Positions 9,992 to 20,360 of a DNA stretch of 64,000 nucleotides are shown here, piece by piece. Source of the stretch: a virus; the IMG/VR virus record IMGVR_UViG_3300025015_000021, positions 1-64,000 of that record, one strand, 5' to 3'. The notes under the pieces were generated by a model, which was given only the letters and a program-made list of their open reading frames with translations, made no database searches and was not told the DNA's origin. Numbering within the stretch: position 1 is the first letter of the stretch; every line of letters begins with the position of its first letter. The translations under genes were made by a program, and so were the position numbers.

Positions 9992-10584
9992 TGTTTAACT
10001 CCCCTTAATCTAAAATCAAACTCAGGTTCTCCATGACCACCCTCTCGGGTTCCATGTCCAAAACCTACCGGAATTTCCTCTATGTTAACAAATCCATGCT
10101 CTACCATTCTAAATTTTAAATATTCTTTAGAATAACCGCACAGATGAAATTGTCCTTCTCCCTCTGCCCCTTGGCTTCCATACAAAAGTCCCATAAATCT
10201 AAACCAATCAGCATTATTTTTCTCATTTGAAATATGCACATTCAAAAATAACTCACAAGCTTTAGTTAAATCGGGAGTCTCAATTTCAACAATACCGCCC
10301 TTTTTAAGTACTCTAAACATTTCTCCAATTGCCTTATTTCCATCATTCATAGATATATGCTCAATTACATGAACTGCTATTACTTTATCAAAATATTCAT
10401 TTGGAAAATCCAGCTTAACTATATCTCCATATAACCATGGAGAATCTGGATATTCTTGATGCCAGGTTTTACCATCCTCCAGATTCATTCCTGGATGAGT
10501 TGACCCTGGATAATAATACTTATCAATGTTGATAAACCCAGGCAAAGGGACATTTCCCGATCCTACATTAAGATATTTTTCCAT
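9988..10584 (-). CDS. class I SAM-dependent methyltransferase (type 11)
   Basis: LNVGSG, HVIEH, RVLKKGG..TPD. Confidence 0.85.
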   Translation of the reverse strand: MEKYLNVGSGNVPLPGFINIDKYYYPGSTHPGMNLEDGKTWHQEYPDSPWLYGDIVKLDFPNEYFDKVIAVHVIEHISMNDGNKAIGEMFRVLKKGGIVEIETPDLTKACELFLNVHISNEKNNADWFRFMGLLYGSQGAEGEGQFHLCGYSKEYLKFRMVEHGFVNIEEIPVGFGHGTREGGHGEPEFDFRLRGVKQ

Positions 10585-10585
10585 A

Positions 10586-11698
10586 TTAAATAACCCTTAC
10601 TTTCGGCAAAGGAATAATGAACTTTAGGTTATTATACTTTTTCAACTTTTCTCTTATCTCTTTCTCATAATTCCAGGCAAGGATTAAGACATAATCTATA
10701 TTTTTAAAATCAGCTTCAGATGGAGGAATTATCCGAATGTGAGTCCCTGGCGTAAACTTACCATACCTTGATGGAGACTCATCAACTATATAATCTAAAT
10801 ACTTAGTATCTATTCCGCAATAGTTAAGTAAAGTGTTGGCTCTGCCTGCCGCCCCAAAACCTATAATCTTTTTATTCTTAAGCAATTTTAATAAGCTTAC
10901 TAATTCCTTCTTATGTTTCTTAACTTTCGTATCTAAGTTAATATTAGAAAGTTTCTTTGTATATACTCTTATTGACCCGCCATGAGTAGGAATTGGTTTT
11001 ACTTCAAAAATATGGAATCCGTATTTTGATAAGAAAGGAGCAAGAGTTGAAACCGTATAATAATTCAAATGTTCAAAGTAAATATTATCATATTGCCCTG
11101 CTAAAATATTTAAAAAATTATGAACTTCAAAAATAAAGAGCCCTCCGTCTTCTAGTAATAGATCAATTCCTTTCATAACATCATCCATATCATCAATATG
11201 GGCAAAAACATTATTAGCCACAACCATCTTAGCCTTGCGTTTAATCTTTTTAGCTATTTTTTGCGTAAAAGGTTCAACTAGAGTAGGAATACCTTTTTCT
11301 CTTGCTAACTTGGCTATCCTTTTATCCGGCTCAACTCCCAAAACTTCTATTCCTAACTGTTGTAATGGTTTTAGCAATACCCCGTCATTACTACCAAACT
11401 CAACTACAAAATCCCCAGGCTTTAGAAACCTCTCAATAAGTTCTCCCGCATAGTTTTTAAAATGAGAAGTAAGCGTGACCGAAGATAAATATGGCTGAAA
11501 AAATTCATCCTCAACTACATCCAATAGCTGAACCAATAAGCAGCTTTGACACTGATAAAGCTTAAGAGGATAAAAATTCTCTTTCCCAAGATTATAGCCT
11601 TCCAAATATGCTCCCTGAGAAGGCTGCTTTCCTAAATCCAGAAATAAGTTAAAATAATTCTTATGACAAAACCTACAATTATTCCTATGTTTAAGCAT
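10586..11698 (-). CDS. NDP-sugar C-methyltransferase
   Basis: CRFC..DLGKQP..YPLKLYQCQSCLLVQL zinc domain, VEFGSNDG, NNVFAH, C-terminal FGAAGRANTLLNYCG..ILAWNY. Confidence 0.9.
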   Translation of the reverse strand: MLKHRNNCRFCHKNYFNLFLDLGKQPSQGAYLEGYNLGKENFYPLKLYQCQSCLLVQLLDVVEDEFFQPYLSSVTLTSHFKNYAGELIERFLKPGDFVVEFGSNDGVLLKPLQQLGIEVLGVEPDKRIAKLAREKGIPTLVEPFTQKIAKKIKRKAKMVVANNVFAHIDDMDDVMKGIDLLLEDGGLFIFEVHNFLNILAGQYDNIYFEHLNYYTVSTLAPFLSKYGFHIFEVKPIPTHGGSIRVYTKKLSNINLDTKVKKHKKELVSLLKLLKNKKIIGFGAAGRANTLLNYCGIDTKYLDYIVDESPSRYGKFTPGTHIRIIPPSEADFKNIDYVLILAWNYEKEIREKLKKYNNLKFIIPLPKVRVI

Positions 11699-12626
11699 AT
11701 CTAATTTCATCCCAATTCTTAATAAGCTCATCAAGAGTAATTTTGGCATTTGCCTTTACATATTCCCTTGCATCATAAGCCAAGATTAGTATTTCCTCAA
11801 GCTGTCCTTCTGCATACTTTCCATACTGATAAGGCATTTCATCTAAATAGTATTGGCCTCCACAAATATAAGCTCCTGTTGCCATAGAAAGATGCATATT
11901 AGCACTTCTTCCCTCTCCATAATGGCTTCTATACGAAGGATGCTCCACTACAACTTCGGGTTGAAGAAGACACTTTTTACCCCACATCCAGGTAGGAATA
12001 CCAATAAGCAAACTTTCAGCCGTATGCCCGCCTGCTTTTATAAAAGCCTCTGGGAACATATTACCAATCTTCAAGAGCCAATCTTTTGTACTAATAAATC
12101 CATTAATAGAATTGGAGAGTACGGGATAAGGCTCATCTCCCATTTTACAAGATTGTCCCTGTCCTGATGTTCTTCCAAATGGGTTAGGCCTAATAAGATC
12201 GCTTCCCCCAATATAATCCAATCCTTTTTTTTGCATACTTCCTACCCCAAAGGGAGAAAATATTACTTCAAATCCGTCTTTTTGTTTTTCTTGTAAGGTC
12301 TCAAGCATAACAGTAAACCAGTTAGGAGAAATAACAACATGCGGGTCAAAACCGACAATGTATTTTCCAGATGCCTTTTCTACTCCAAATGAGTGAGGCG
12401 GAATTGTTCCTTTAATATCATATTCAAAATATTGGATAGGAAAGTTTTTATGATAATCTAAAAAAGATTGTAAATTAGATTTATCTTCCTCGCTACTGCC
12501 ATTATCAACCAAAATAATCTCATAAGGAATTTCAGATTGTTCCAGCTGAAAAATAATCTGTGCCAGAGTAAAATTGGTCGCTATAGAATCACTGATTGTT
12601 GCTATTACTACCGAAAGCTTTTCCAC
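11691..12626 (-). CDS. glycosyltransferase family 2
   Basis: LSVVIAT, EIILVDNGS, ASGKYIVGFDPH. Confidence 0.8.
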   Translation of the reverse strand: MEKLSVVIATISDSIATNFTLAQIIFQLEQSEIPYEIILVDNGSSEEDKSNLQSFLDYHKNFPIQYFEYDIKGTIPPHSFGVEKASGKYIVGFDPHVVISPNWFTVMLETLQEKQKDGFEVIFSPFGVGSMQKKGLDYIGGSDLIRPNPFGRTSGQGQSCKMGDEPYPVLSNSINGFISTKDWLLKIGNMFPEAFIKAGGHTAESLLIGIPTWMWGKKCLLQPEVVVEHPSYRSHYGEGRSANMHLSMATGAYICGGQYYLDEMPYQYGKYAEGQLEEILILAYDAREYVKANAKITLDELIKNWDEIRYA

Positions 12627-13462
12627 ATCTCCTCCAATCCTTCCTTTAGACTAATTTTAGGTTGCCAATCTAAGATAGTTTTTGCTTTATTTATATCAGG
12701 CTTACGATGTTTTTGTTCTCCGCTTCTGGTATCTTCTGCAATTTTAATATTTGAACTAATCATTGAAGCCAATTGCAACATAGTAATAGATTCTTCACTT
12801 CCAAGATTAAACACCTGCCCATTAGTATTGGGATAAAACATTGCTCTCATTAATACCTCAATAAAATCATCTACATAACAAAAGGTTCTTGTAGATTGTC
12901 CCAAATCATTAACAATTAAAGATTTCCCTTCTTTTTTATTACGCATAAAAGAAGGAATTACTCTTGAATCATCATGTCTCATACCTGGCCCATAAATATT
13001 AAAAGGCCGCACTATTCTTGTATCTAGTCCATAATATTGGTGGTAAACTATAGTCATCATCTCCCCAAATCTCTTAGACTCTCCATAATATGCACGGTCT
13101 CCCCATGTAGCAACAACTCCTGGGTCGTCTTCTTTATAAGGAAGACTTGTTGAATCCCCATAGACTTCCGAGGAGGAGACATACAAGAATTTCGCATTAT
13201 TTTTCTTAGCCAATTCCAGCATGTTATATGTTCCCTGAGAGCTTGCTAAAATAGTCGGTAAAGCCACATCCTGATAATGTTCAGGGTCAACTGGACAAGC
13301 CAAATGGAAAATTGCATCAAGACCATCTGCTGTTAAATTAGGATTACAAACATCATTTCCTTCCATAATATCCCATTCTACGACTTCATAAACATCTCTT
13401 ATCAATCTTTTTACAAGATTTGAGCCCAAAAATCCCGCCGAACCGCTCACGATTATTTTCAT
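12608..13462 (-). CDS. UDP-glucuronate decarboxylase-like SDR (UDP-xylose synthase family)
   Basis: GSAGFLG, HLACPVDPEHY, SSSEVYGD, YGESKR, RPFNIYGPGM..DSRVI, TRTFCYVDD. Confidence 0.85.
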   Translation of the reverse strand: MKIIVSGSAGFLGSNLVKRLIRDVYEVVEWDIMEGNDVCNPNLTADGLDAIFHLACPVDPEHYQDVALPTILASSQGTYNMLELAKKNNAKFLYVSSSEVYGDSTSLPYKEDDPGVVATWGDRAYYGESKRFGEMMTIVYHQYYGLDTRIVRPFNIYGPGMRHDDSRVIPSFMRNKKEGKSLIVNDLGQSTRTFCYVDDFIEVLMRAMFYPNTNGQVFNLGSEESITMLQLASMISSNIKIAEDTRSGEQKHRKPDINKAKTILDWQPKISLKEGLEEMWKSFR

Positions 13463-14064
13463 ACAATTTCCCTCATTAACATATAGCTTTCGGCATATTT
13501 TACTCCTGATTCACCTCCCCGCAACAGTGCCATAGCTTTTACCATATCAAAAGGAATCTTTTGAGATTTATAACATTCCAGGGCTTCAATTTTCTTATCT
13601 AACTGGTTTGTAATATCCACATAATAATTAGGCTTAAATACATTCCCCCAAGTTCCATAATAAGGCTGTTCATAAACCAAAACTCTCTGGGGCATGTAGC
13701 CATGTGGACGCAAGGCAATCAAGGCCGCTTTGTTGACAGCTTCATGATCTTGATGAAATCCAGCAAAAGGAATAGCTACAGTTGTCGGTTTAATGTCTTT
13801 ACAGACTTCTTCAATTTTAGAAACTATCGACAATATCTCAATTTGATCAAATTTCAAGGCATCAAAAGAACCAACAGTCTTATAAGATACATTTAACAAA
13901 GCCATTGTCTTATAAAATTCTTCATAACTGGCCATTCCATAATTATGACTAAAAACCAAAACAGTAACTTCTCCGCCTTCTTCAATTGTTCTTGCTATCA
14001 ATCCTCCACAACCGAGCGTTTCGTCATCACTATGTGGTGCTATAACCAACAACTTATCTTTCAT
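13459..14064 (-). CDS. PIG-L/LmbE family deacetylase
   Basis: APHSDDETLGCGG, HQDH, YKSQ. Confidence 0.9.
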   Translation of the reverse strand: MKDKLLVIAPHSDDETLGCGGLIARTIEEGGEVTVLVFSHNYGMASYEEFYKTMALLNVSYKTVGSFDALKFDQIEILSIVSKIEEVCKDIKPTTVAIPFAGFHQDHEAVNKAALIALRPHGYMPQRVLVYEQPYYGTWGNVFKPNYYVDITNQLDKKIEALECYKSQKIPFDMVKAMALLRGGESGVKYAESYMLMREIV

Positions 14065-14588
14065 AATTTCTTAATTATTGTCGTATATCCCGCCGATTCT
14101 AAAATCTCATATTCTGGATGTTCTAATAAGTATTCATCTACTGCTTTTTTTACATCTACACGCTCTACCACATAATCATGCATTAAAATCAATCCTCCTG
14201 GCTTTACAAAGGGATAAAATTTTTCTATTTCAAATTTTGTGTCTTCATAGGTATGGGATGCATCAATTGATAATACATCAATCCTCTCAATCCAAATAAC
14301 TTCATGAGAATCATTAATCGCAAATCTAATATTTTTATAAGGTTTGAGATATTTTCTGACAATTTCTTCATAGTTTTGATAAGGAGTCCCAGGATCAAAA
14401 GTAACTATTTCGGCCTGCGGGCAAGCAAGAGCCATAGAAATAGCAATTTTTCCCCATCCTGTTCCAAAGTCCAGAATTAAGGGAACATCCGGTAAATTAG
14501 ATAAATACTTTACATGCATAGTAGTATCTTCGTCTACCACATTACTTGGAATGTGTTTTATTTTTTCAAGAATTTCCTGCAAATTCAT
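14061..14588 (-). CDS. class I SAM methyltransferase (Methyltransf_24-like)
   Basis: LDFGTGWG, IDASHTYE, KPGGLILMHDY. Confidence 0.85.
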   Translation of the reverse strand: MNLQEILEKIKHIPSNVVDEDTTMHVKYLSNLPDVPLILDFGTGWGKIAISMALACPQAEIVTFDPGTPYQNYEEIVRKYLKPYKNIRFAINDSHEVIWIERIDVLSIDASHTYEDTKFEIEKFYPFVKPGGLILMHDYVVERVDVKKAVDEYLLEHPEYEILESAGYTTIIKKL

Positions 14589-14887
14589 TCTTTATTCTCC
14601 AATTTAGCCTTTAAAATCGCTAGATAATTAATCGCATCTAAGATTGAGTCAGTAATCGGCTCATCTATAACAGCATTAGGCCTGTCTATTAAGTTACTAA
14701 TTCGCATAATCTTATCCAATAATCTTACCAAAATAGATTTTTCCATACTGATTTTTACCAATTCCGCACTTCTGAAGTTTTTCAAACCATCATCTTCTGA
14801 TGCATAATCTTTATTTTTTGCCTCAACTATTCTTAAAGCCTGTTCAAAGGTTTCTTCAATTTTATTATGCAGTTCTTTTCTTGTCAT
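14585..14887 (-). CDS. nucleotide modification associated domain 1 (DUF1599-like) protein
   Basis: KNKDY..NF..RLLDKIMRI..DSILDAINY pattern. Confidence 0.7.
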   Translation of the reverse strand: MTRKELHNKIEETFEQALRIVEAKNKDYASEDDGLKNFRSAELVKISMEKSILVRLLDKIMRISNLIDRPNAVIDEPITDSILDAINYLAILKAKLENKE

Positions 14888-14889
14888 TA

Positions 14890-15453
14890 CTATTTTTGAA
14901 AAACAGTTATAAGTCCCATCTGCTCAATCTGCTTAAGTCCCACCATAGCCCTGTCTACCGAGTCTGTAAATGGCTGTCTGTCTGCATACCCATAGTTTCT
15001 CATCAAAAGATATCCTCCCTTTTTTACTTTATCTGCCCATTTCTTCAGAAATTCGGTACTGTCAACATTCCTTATCTCAACCCAGCTGTCTATATGTAAA
15101 ATATCTACAGGCTCAATAATCCTTTCAAGCATATCCTCGGCTGTGGCCAGATAAAACCTGATTTTGTCCTTAAAACCAGCCTCTTCAATCATTTCATTTA
15201 TTCTCTTTTCATATCCAATTGGAGTTTTAGACCAGCCGGTATAAATGAGAATATTCCCAGGATCGCAGGTAATAATCCTGTTAGTTGAGTTTGAATAAGC
15301 CAGAGAAAGCATACTTTTCCCCCAACCGGTTCCCAAATCCACAATCAAACCATTATTTATAAGATTTGCATATTTATAATAACACTCCAAATCGCCATCA
15401 GTAATAAAGGTGGGAAGTTCAATAATCTTCTTCTTAATATCTTCCAAAGTCAT
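14890..15453 (-). CDS. class I SAM methyltransferase (Methyltransf_24-like)
   Basis: VDLGTGWGKS, DILHIDS, VKKGGY; paralog of 14061..14588. Confidence 0.8.
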   Translation of the reverse strand: MTLEDIKKKIIELPTFITDGDLECYYKYANLINNGLIVDLGTGWGKSMLSLAYSNSTNRIITCDPGNILIYTGWSKTPIGYEKRINEMIEEAGFKDKIRFYLATAEDMLERIIEPVDILHIDSWVEIRNVDSTEFLKKWADKVKKGGYLLMRNYGYADRQPFTDSVDRAMVGLKQIEQMGLITVFQK

Positions 15454-16454
15454 CTCAAAAATGCTCCTTTCTTGAAACGATCAATCAAAATCATAAGTTC
15501 TTTTACTCTTGAGGCAGAAGTAAATCTGTCTCTGCCAATTTCATAGCCTCTCTGGGCTACTTCTTCTCTCTTCTGGGGAAACTTCAAATAATAATCAATC
15601 TTCTCTCTTGCTTCTTCTATGCTTGAAAAATAGTCAGCTCCATCCCTTAAGAATAGCTCCATCCCTGGTACATATCTCTGTAATAAGAATCCTCCCACTG
15701 TTAAAGTTTTTCCTACTCTATTACTCCAATATCCCCATGAGTGGTCATTAACATTAAAGCCGAGAGTAATCCTGCTTTCTGCTACTTTTAATGCAAAATC
15801 TTCCCCATAAACAGCAGATTCTGCGTCAAATCCTTCTTTTTTCCAATCCTCATAATTCCAGGCAAATATCTTTATGGGAAATGTTTTATTAATTTCCTTA
15901 AGCCACTCAACCCTGTCTCCTTTAGGAAAATATGAACCGAAGAACACTACATCATATTTTTTAATGGGATCATTCAAATAAGGCAATCCTGGATGATTTA
16001 ATCTATCAAACTGCTTATCCGAAACATCCATAGGGAAATAATAAAGTTTCTGAGATGGAACTTGTCCTGAGCCTGCCGAAGGATAACTTCTTACATCATT
16101 AGCCAAATAAAGATCAGAGGCCATAATCATCTTTTGATGCCAATCTGGTCCCGTATCACCATCCATAAAATCCCATACGAAGTAAAAAACTGGAGCACCA
16201 GATTTTTCTCTTAGCTTCTCGGCAAATGACCCATCGTAAAAGTGATTCCATTTACAAATTATGTTCGCATCCGCCTTTAAATCTTTAGGCACATTTACAT
16301 AGTCCTTCCCATCTCTTACATGCTCCCGCCATTCATCCCTAGGTATTCTTCGTACGGTATGACCAAGATTTTCTATTTCTTGAGCCAGCATGACTTCGTC
16401 TGCTCGCTCATTTGTATATCCTCTTTGGAAATTTCCAATGAAATTTAAGACCAT
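15450..16454 (-). CDS. GT-B glycosyltransferase (CgeB/YkvP-like)
   Basis: YDVVFFGS..R, SRITLG..SNR..GGFLL, REEVAQRG. Confidence 0.8.
   Translation of the reverse strand: MVLNFIGNFQRGYTNERADEVMLAQEIENLGHTVRRIPRDEWREHVRDGKDYVNVPKDLKADANIICKWNHFYDGSFAEKLREKSGAPVFYFVWDFMDGDTGPDWHQKMIMASDLYLANDVRSYPSAGSGQVPSQKLYYFPMDVSDKQFDRLNHPGLPYLNDPIKKYDVVFFGSYFPKGDRVEWLKEINKTFPIKIFAWNYEDWKKEGFDAESAVYGEDFALKVAESRITLGFNVNDHSWGYWSNRVGKTLTVGGFLLQRYVPGMELFLRDGADYFSSIEEAREKIDYYLKFPQKREEVAQRGYEIGRDRFTSASRVKELMILIDRFKKGAFLR
16061..16083. repeat. family A mini-element internal to CDS (PSAGSGQ)
   Basis: CTTG-TCC-TGAGCCTGCCGAA-GGA. Confidence 0.85.
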
Positions 16455-17023
16455 ACAGTTATTCCTGTTCCATGTTCTTTGTAGCATTTAAAAGAACAAA
16501 AAGGGTGTTTAGTCCTTTTTAAATGCCATTGTTCCCTAATAATCTTTTTTCCACAATTTATACAAGAAACTTCAACTGAAGTAGAATTTTTCTTCCAATA
16601 ATTTTTTAATTTTACTCTAATTTTTTCTTTGGTTATCTGACTAAGTTTTCTTCCCAACATAACTTTATTTCCCAAAGAATGGTGCCCATTATGCTCACTT
16701 CGAGTCATTAACTCAAGATTTTCTATTCTATTATCATCCTTAGTCCCATTTATGTGATGAACTATTTCATCAGATTTTAAATATCTTCCCAAATATTTCT
16801 CCATTACCAAACGATGTTCCAAAACATGTCTATGAATTGCATGCGGATGTTCTGGCATATAAATTTTTATATATCCCCGACTATCTCCAATTCTACCTTT
16901 AAATGCATAATGGAATTTACCTCTATAACATTTATGTGAACAAAATCTCTGAGCTTTTTTATATGTTTTATATTTCTTGGAACAATTGATACAAATTTTC
17001 TCTATAAGATTTATAGTTCTCAT
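16445..17023 (-). CDS. HNH homing endonuclease with NUMOD3 and zinc fingers
   Basis: EHRLVMEKYLGR..VHHINGTKDDNRIENL..H. Confidence 0.9.
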   Translation of the reverse strand: MRTINLIEKICINCSKKYKTYKKAQRFCSHKCYRGKFHYAFKGRIGDSRGYIKIYMPEHPHAIHRHVLEHRLVMEKYLGRYLKSDEIVHHINGTKDDNRIENLELMTRSEHNGHHSLGNKVMLGRKLSQITKEKIRVKLKNYWKKNSTSVEVSCINCGKKIIREQWHLKRTKHPFCSFKCYKEHGTGITVWS

Positions 17024-17029
17024 TCACTG

Positions 17030-17059
17030 ATTGTATCACATAACCATGCCAACATACAA
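17030..17059 (-). promoter_or_regulatory. promoter for the HNH gene (leaderless spacing)
   Basis: TTGTAT-18 nt-TACAAT with TGn; ATG 6 nt after the -10. Confidence 0.55.
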
Positions 17060-17075
17060 GTAGTCATTTTTTATA

Positions 17076-17384
17076 CTATACTTTTACAACATTACAATCA
17101 GGACAACATTTCTTTATAATTTCATATTGAGTAGCATTATTCTCATAAAACTTAGTTAAGTTAAGTTTTTGAATCATTTCTACTTTCCAAATGGCTGCAA
17201 TAAGTATATTATTTGCCCCCTCTAAATAAGGCATAAAATATACCGGACATTGAATATTATGTTTCTTTAACCAGCTTAAGGTTCCATCCGCTATTGGAAT
17301 AGTATTACCCGTAATAATCACATCTCCAACTTCTGGTATAAATTTTTCCGTATCTATAACTCCGTTAAAATCCCAACCCGTCAT
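17076..17384 (-). CDS. HAD-like small protein
   Basis: WDFNGVID, IITG, K..FYEN HAD-like motifs with Asp-to-Asn changes. Confidence 0.55.
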   Translation of the reverse strand: MTGWDFNGVIDTEKFIPEVGDVIITGNTIPIADGTLSWLKKHNIQCPVYFMPYLEGANNILIAAIWKVEMIQKLNLTKFYENNATQYEIIKKCCPDCNVVKV

Positions 17385-18337
17385 ATCTTTACTTGCCTCG
17401 CCGAGTTAAGGCGGGCTTCTTGTAAATAGCGATAAACAAATGTTTCCTTCCATTTTAGCTCCTGTGGGCTAATCTTCTGAGAAAAAGCAGTCTTAACAAT
17501 TAAAAGAGGAATATTAATACCACTTTGATAAGTAATAGGCAGTCCGCCTGAAAGACGTGGATTTATTTCCAGAAGTTTTATCTTTCCAAATCTATCTTTT
17601 TTAAACTGCATATTAACTGGACCATAAAAAACTATTTTTGAAGTTATTTCTTCAACTAACTCAATAATTTGTTTATTCTTAACAGTTTTTCCGATAGTTG
17701 AAATACCTCCTTTAGTAAGAAGCCTTAATCGGGGAACAATTACCAAAAGTTTGCCTTGCTTATCACAGACTAAATCAACAGTATACTCATCGCCTGGAAA
17801 ATATTCCTGAAATAAAAGCTCAGAAGGAAAATACTGAGAAGTCAAATACTTAACGATAGCTCTTGCCTCATTCTGATTCTTGACCAAAAAGATATCCCTT
17901 GAACCTCTTGAATTTCTTGGTTTAATGATTGCCGGAAATTTAATATCTGCTAGTTTTGGAAAAATTTCAGGAGTAGGAATAATACCTTTTAACTCGTCAA
18001 GAGTACTTAATTTATCCTGGCAAAGAACAATAGTTGATAAAGGAGAAAGTACAACCTGACAGGGAATTTTTCCTAAATTCAAACATAAAATTAACAACTC
18101 TTCATCAATAGTAGGAATAATCAAATCAATTTTATGTTTTTTTACCAACTCAACCATTTTCGGTATGTATAAATTGTCAGCTGTATTGGGAATAACAAAA
18201 TATTTATCTGCCAAGTAAAGACCACTGGCATACTTATTGCAATCAACAGCAAAAATCTTGTGTTTTGTAGTTTCTTTTAGAATGCGGATGGCAGCTATAG
18301 CTGAGTCTCCACCGGCACTCGTTATCAAGACATTCAT
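17381..18337 (-). CDS. ATP-grasp protein (CPSase-like, sugar-cluster type)
   Basis: VLITSAGG, IIPTIDEEL, IKPRNSRGS, EYTVD, LEINPRLSGG. Confidence 0.9.
   Translation of the reverse strand: MNVLITSAGGDSAIAAIRILKETTKHKIFAVDCNKYASGLYLADKYFVIPNTADNLYIPKMVELVKKHKIDLIIPTIDEELLILCLNLGKIPCQVVLSPLSTIVLCQDKLSTLDELKGIIPTPEIFPKLADIKFPAIIKPRNSRGSRDIFLVKNQNEARAIVKYLTSQYFPSELLFQEYFPGDEYTVDLVCDKQGKLLVIVPRLRLLTKGGISTIGKTVKNKQIIELVEEITSKIVFYGPVNMQFKKDRFGKIKLLEINPRLSGGLPITYQSGINIPLLIVKTAFSQKISPQELKWKETFVYRYLQEARLNSARQVKI
17392..17415. repeat. 24-nt hairpin mini-element, family B (inside CDS, ARLNSARQ)
   Basis: CTTG-CCTCGCC-GAGTTAA-GGCGGG. Confidence 0.65.
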
Positions 18338-19182
18338 TTATATTTCCCTTCCCATATAGGAGTGTATTTTCTAATTGGTGGCTCTGGTATCTCGAAGTTA
18401 GCTTCCCATATAGTCGGGGAACTAGCTCTTTCAAATCCCCATTTAGAAATAAAATAATGCCAGTTTTTCTCCCAGTATGGTTTATTTTCTGGGCTTCCCG
18501 TTCCACTCGATTGAGAAAAATGGTAAACAATACAGTTTGTATTCTGATAAGGTTGAATACCAGCTAATCTAATTTTATATTCCAAATCAGAGTCAGCATT
18601 CGAACCCCATGGCCTGTAGTTAATATCATAGCCTTGAATTGTGTCCCAGAGTTCCCGTTTAATTAGGAAAGGAAGATTAAAACCTGTTCTAATTTGCATT
18701 ACTTCATGTTTCAATTCTGGCCAATTTTCTGCAAATTCTAACCAACCCTCTTTATCAAAATCCCCACCAGCTCCACCAAACATTTGTACTTGAAATGTAG
18801 GTGCACCAGGGCGAGGCTCTATAAGCATAGGAGAAATACACCACTTTAGTTGAGATACTAATGGATTATCTATTGGTTTTTCAATATCTACTGTTAATTT
18901 TTCCCACCATCCAGGAGGATAAATCATGTCACTGTTACTAACCATAATCCATTTTGTATCAGTAATACTTACCGCAGCATTTACTGCCATTCCCTGGTCT
19001 TGTTCTTTTACCCAAACATCAAAATTTTCATGATTACATTCTGCTCCATTCTTAGCAATTAAAACACGAATATCTGAAACTGTTTCTTTTAAAGATAAAA
19101 GACATTGGTCCAAGGCATACTCCTCCTCTTTGGTATACCCGAGATGAGGCACAATAATAGTTACCGACTTTGGATCAATCAT
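18334..19182 (-). CDS. glycosyltransferase family 2
   Basis: VTIIVPH, SNSDM, GYDINY..DSD, VYHF. Confidence 0.85.
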   Translation of the reverse strand: MIDPKSVTIIVPHLGYTKEEEYALDQCLLSLKETVSDIRVLIAKNGAECNHENFDVWVKEQDQGMAVNAAVSITDTKWIMVSNSDMIYPPGWWEKLTVDIEKPIDNPLVSQLKWCISPMLIEPRPGAPTFQVQMFGGAGGDFDKEGWLEFAENWPELKHEVMQIRTGFNLPFLIKRELWDTIQGYDINYRPWGSNADSDLEYKIRLAGIQPYQNTNCIVYHFSQSSGTGSPENKPYWEKNWHYFISKWGFERASSPTIWEANFEIPEPPIRKYTPIWEGKYK

Positions 19183-19314
19183 TCTTCTTTTTCTCCTTAC
19201 ATAATTCACAAATCTCAGGATTAAAATATTCTTTATATTCCTGTTCTGAAAGAATTTCTTTAAGCTGCTTTTTTGTCAACAAATCATCTCTCCAAAGATA
19301 TAAATTAGGCTCTC

Positions 19315-20052
19315 TCATAATGGTTCAAATGTCTTTGGGTCATATTTAGAACGGTCTGCATAAATGCGGGGCTGGGGCCACACAGGATTATGCCCGTGAG
19401 CCTCCACGCCCATCTCAAGAGGATACCCCCAGTCATCTTCGGTTTCTCCATCTCCCCACATATGAAAAGCCTTCATTTTAGCAGCATAACCAAATTTATA
19501 TCCAGCTGCAGCTAATCTTGAACAAATCGTTTTTTCTTCGTGGTTTCTGCTGCTTCTTACAAACCTCTCCCAACCTCCGGCCTTCCAAACTGCATCACGA
19601 CGAAGAAGCCTCATAACAGCTCCAGTCATTGGAGTTAGAAGAATCTCACCTTTCTCATCCATTAGGTGAGCTGTTGGTTCAAGCCCAATAAACTTATGAG
19701 GTTGAAGTGCTATAGCTCCAAAATCAGGTCGTGCATCCATTAATCCTACTAATTGAGTTAACCAATCCGGTTCCAGATCAGGAACAAGAATATCAGGATC
19801 GCAGGTAATAAAATACTTAGAAGAAACTACTGCTAATGCCAAATTCCACGCACAGTGTATTCCTACATTATAGTTAGGATCAATAATTAAGAAAAAATCA
19901 TTAGCATATTCAATCATAGCTTCTTCATTCCCACCATTGTGAATCATAAATAATCTATAAGGATATTTTGTCCTTTCTTTAAGGTATTTAATTGTTTCCA
20001 TTAACATCTTAGGACGCTTAAAAGCTGTAATCACTATGTCAATAGGTTCCAT
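19315..20052 (-). CDS. glycosyltransferase family 2
   Basis: IDIVITAFKR, NVGIHCAWN, CDPDI, AVWKAGGW..EE. Confidence 0.85.
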   Translation of the reverse strand: MEPIDIVITAFKRPKMLMETIKYLKERTKYPYRLFMIHNGGNEEAMIEYANDFFLIIDPNYNVGIHCAWNLALAVVSSKYFITCDPDILVPDLEPDWLTQLVGLMDARPDFGAIALQPHKFIGLEPTAHLMDEKGEILLTPMTGAVMRLLRRDAVWKAGGWERFVRSSRNHEEKTICSRLAAAGYKFGYAAKMKAFHMWGDGETEDDWGYPLEMGVEAHGHNPVWPQPRIYADRSKYDPKTFEPL

Positions 20053-20360
20053 TATTTTAGTTTCTCCTTCACAGCTCCAAACAGAAAATCACAAAGTTTT
20101 TCTGGTCTAAATTCATTCTCATAGTCTTGAAAAATTGTGCTAGGCCATTGAATAGATTTATATGTCTTATTGGATCTATTATCATATAAAAATTTTATCA
20201 TCTGTCCAATATTCAACTCAGGTTCATTTGTATCAAGAATAGAATCAACTGGACTATAAGAGCCAATCCTCTTATTATATTCCCCAGCCCATTTACTCAA
20301 AATGTTCCTCTGTTCGCTTGATAATTCTTCTAAATCTTCCTTTGTAATATGTTGCTTCAT
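20052..20360 (-). CDS. hypothetical phage protein
   Basis: MKQHIT..LNIGQMIKFL..LCDFLFGAVKE pattern. Confidence 0.6.
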   Translation of the reverse strand: MKQHITKEDLEELSSEQRNILSKWAGEYNKRIGSYSPVDSILDTNEPELNIGQMIKFLYDNRSNKTYKSIQWPSTIFQDYENEFRPEKLCDFLFGAVKEKLK

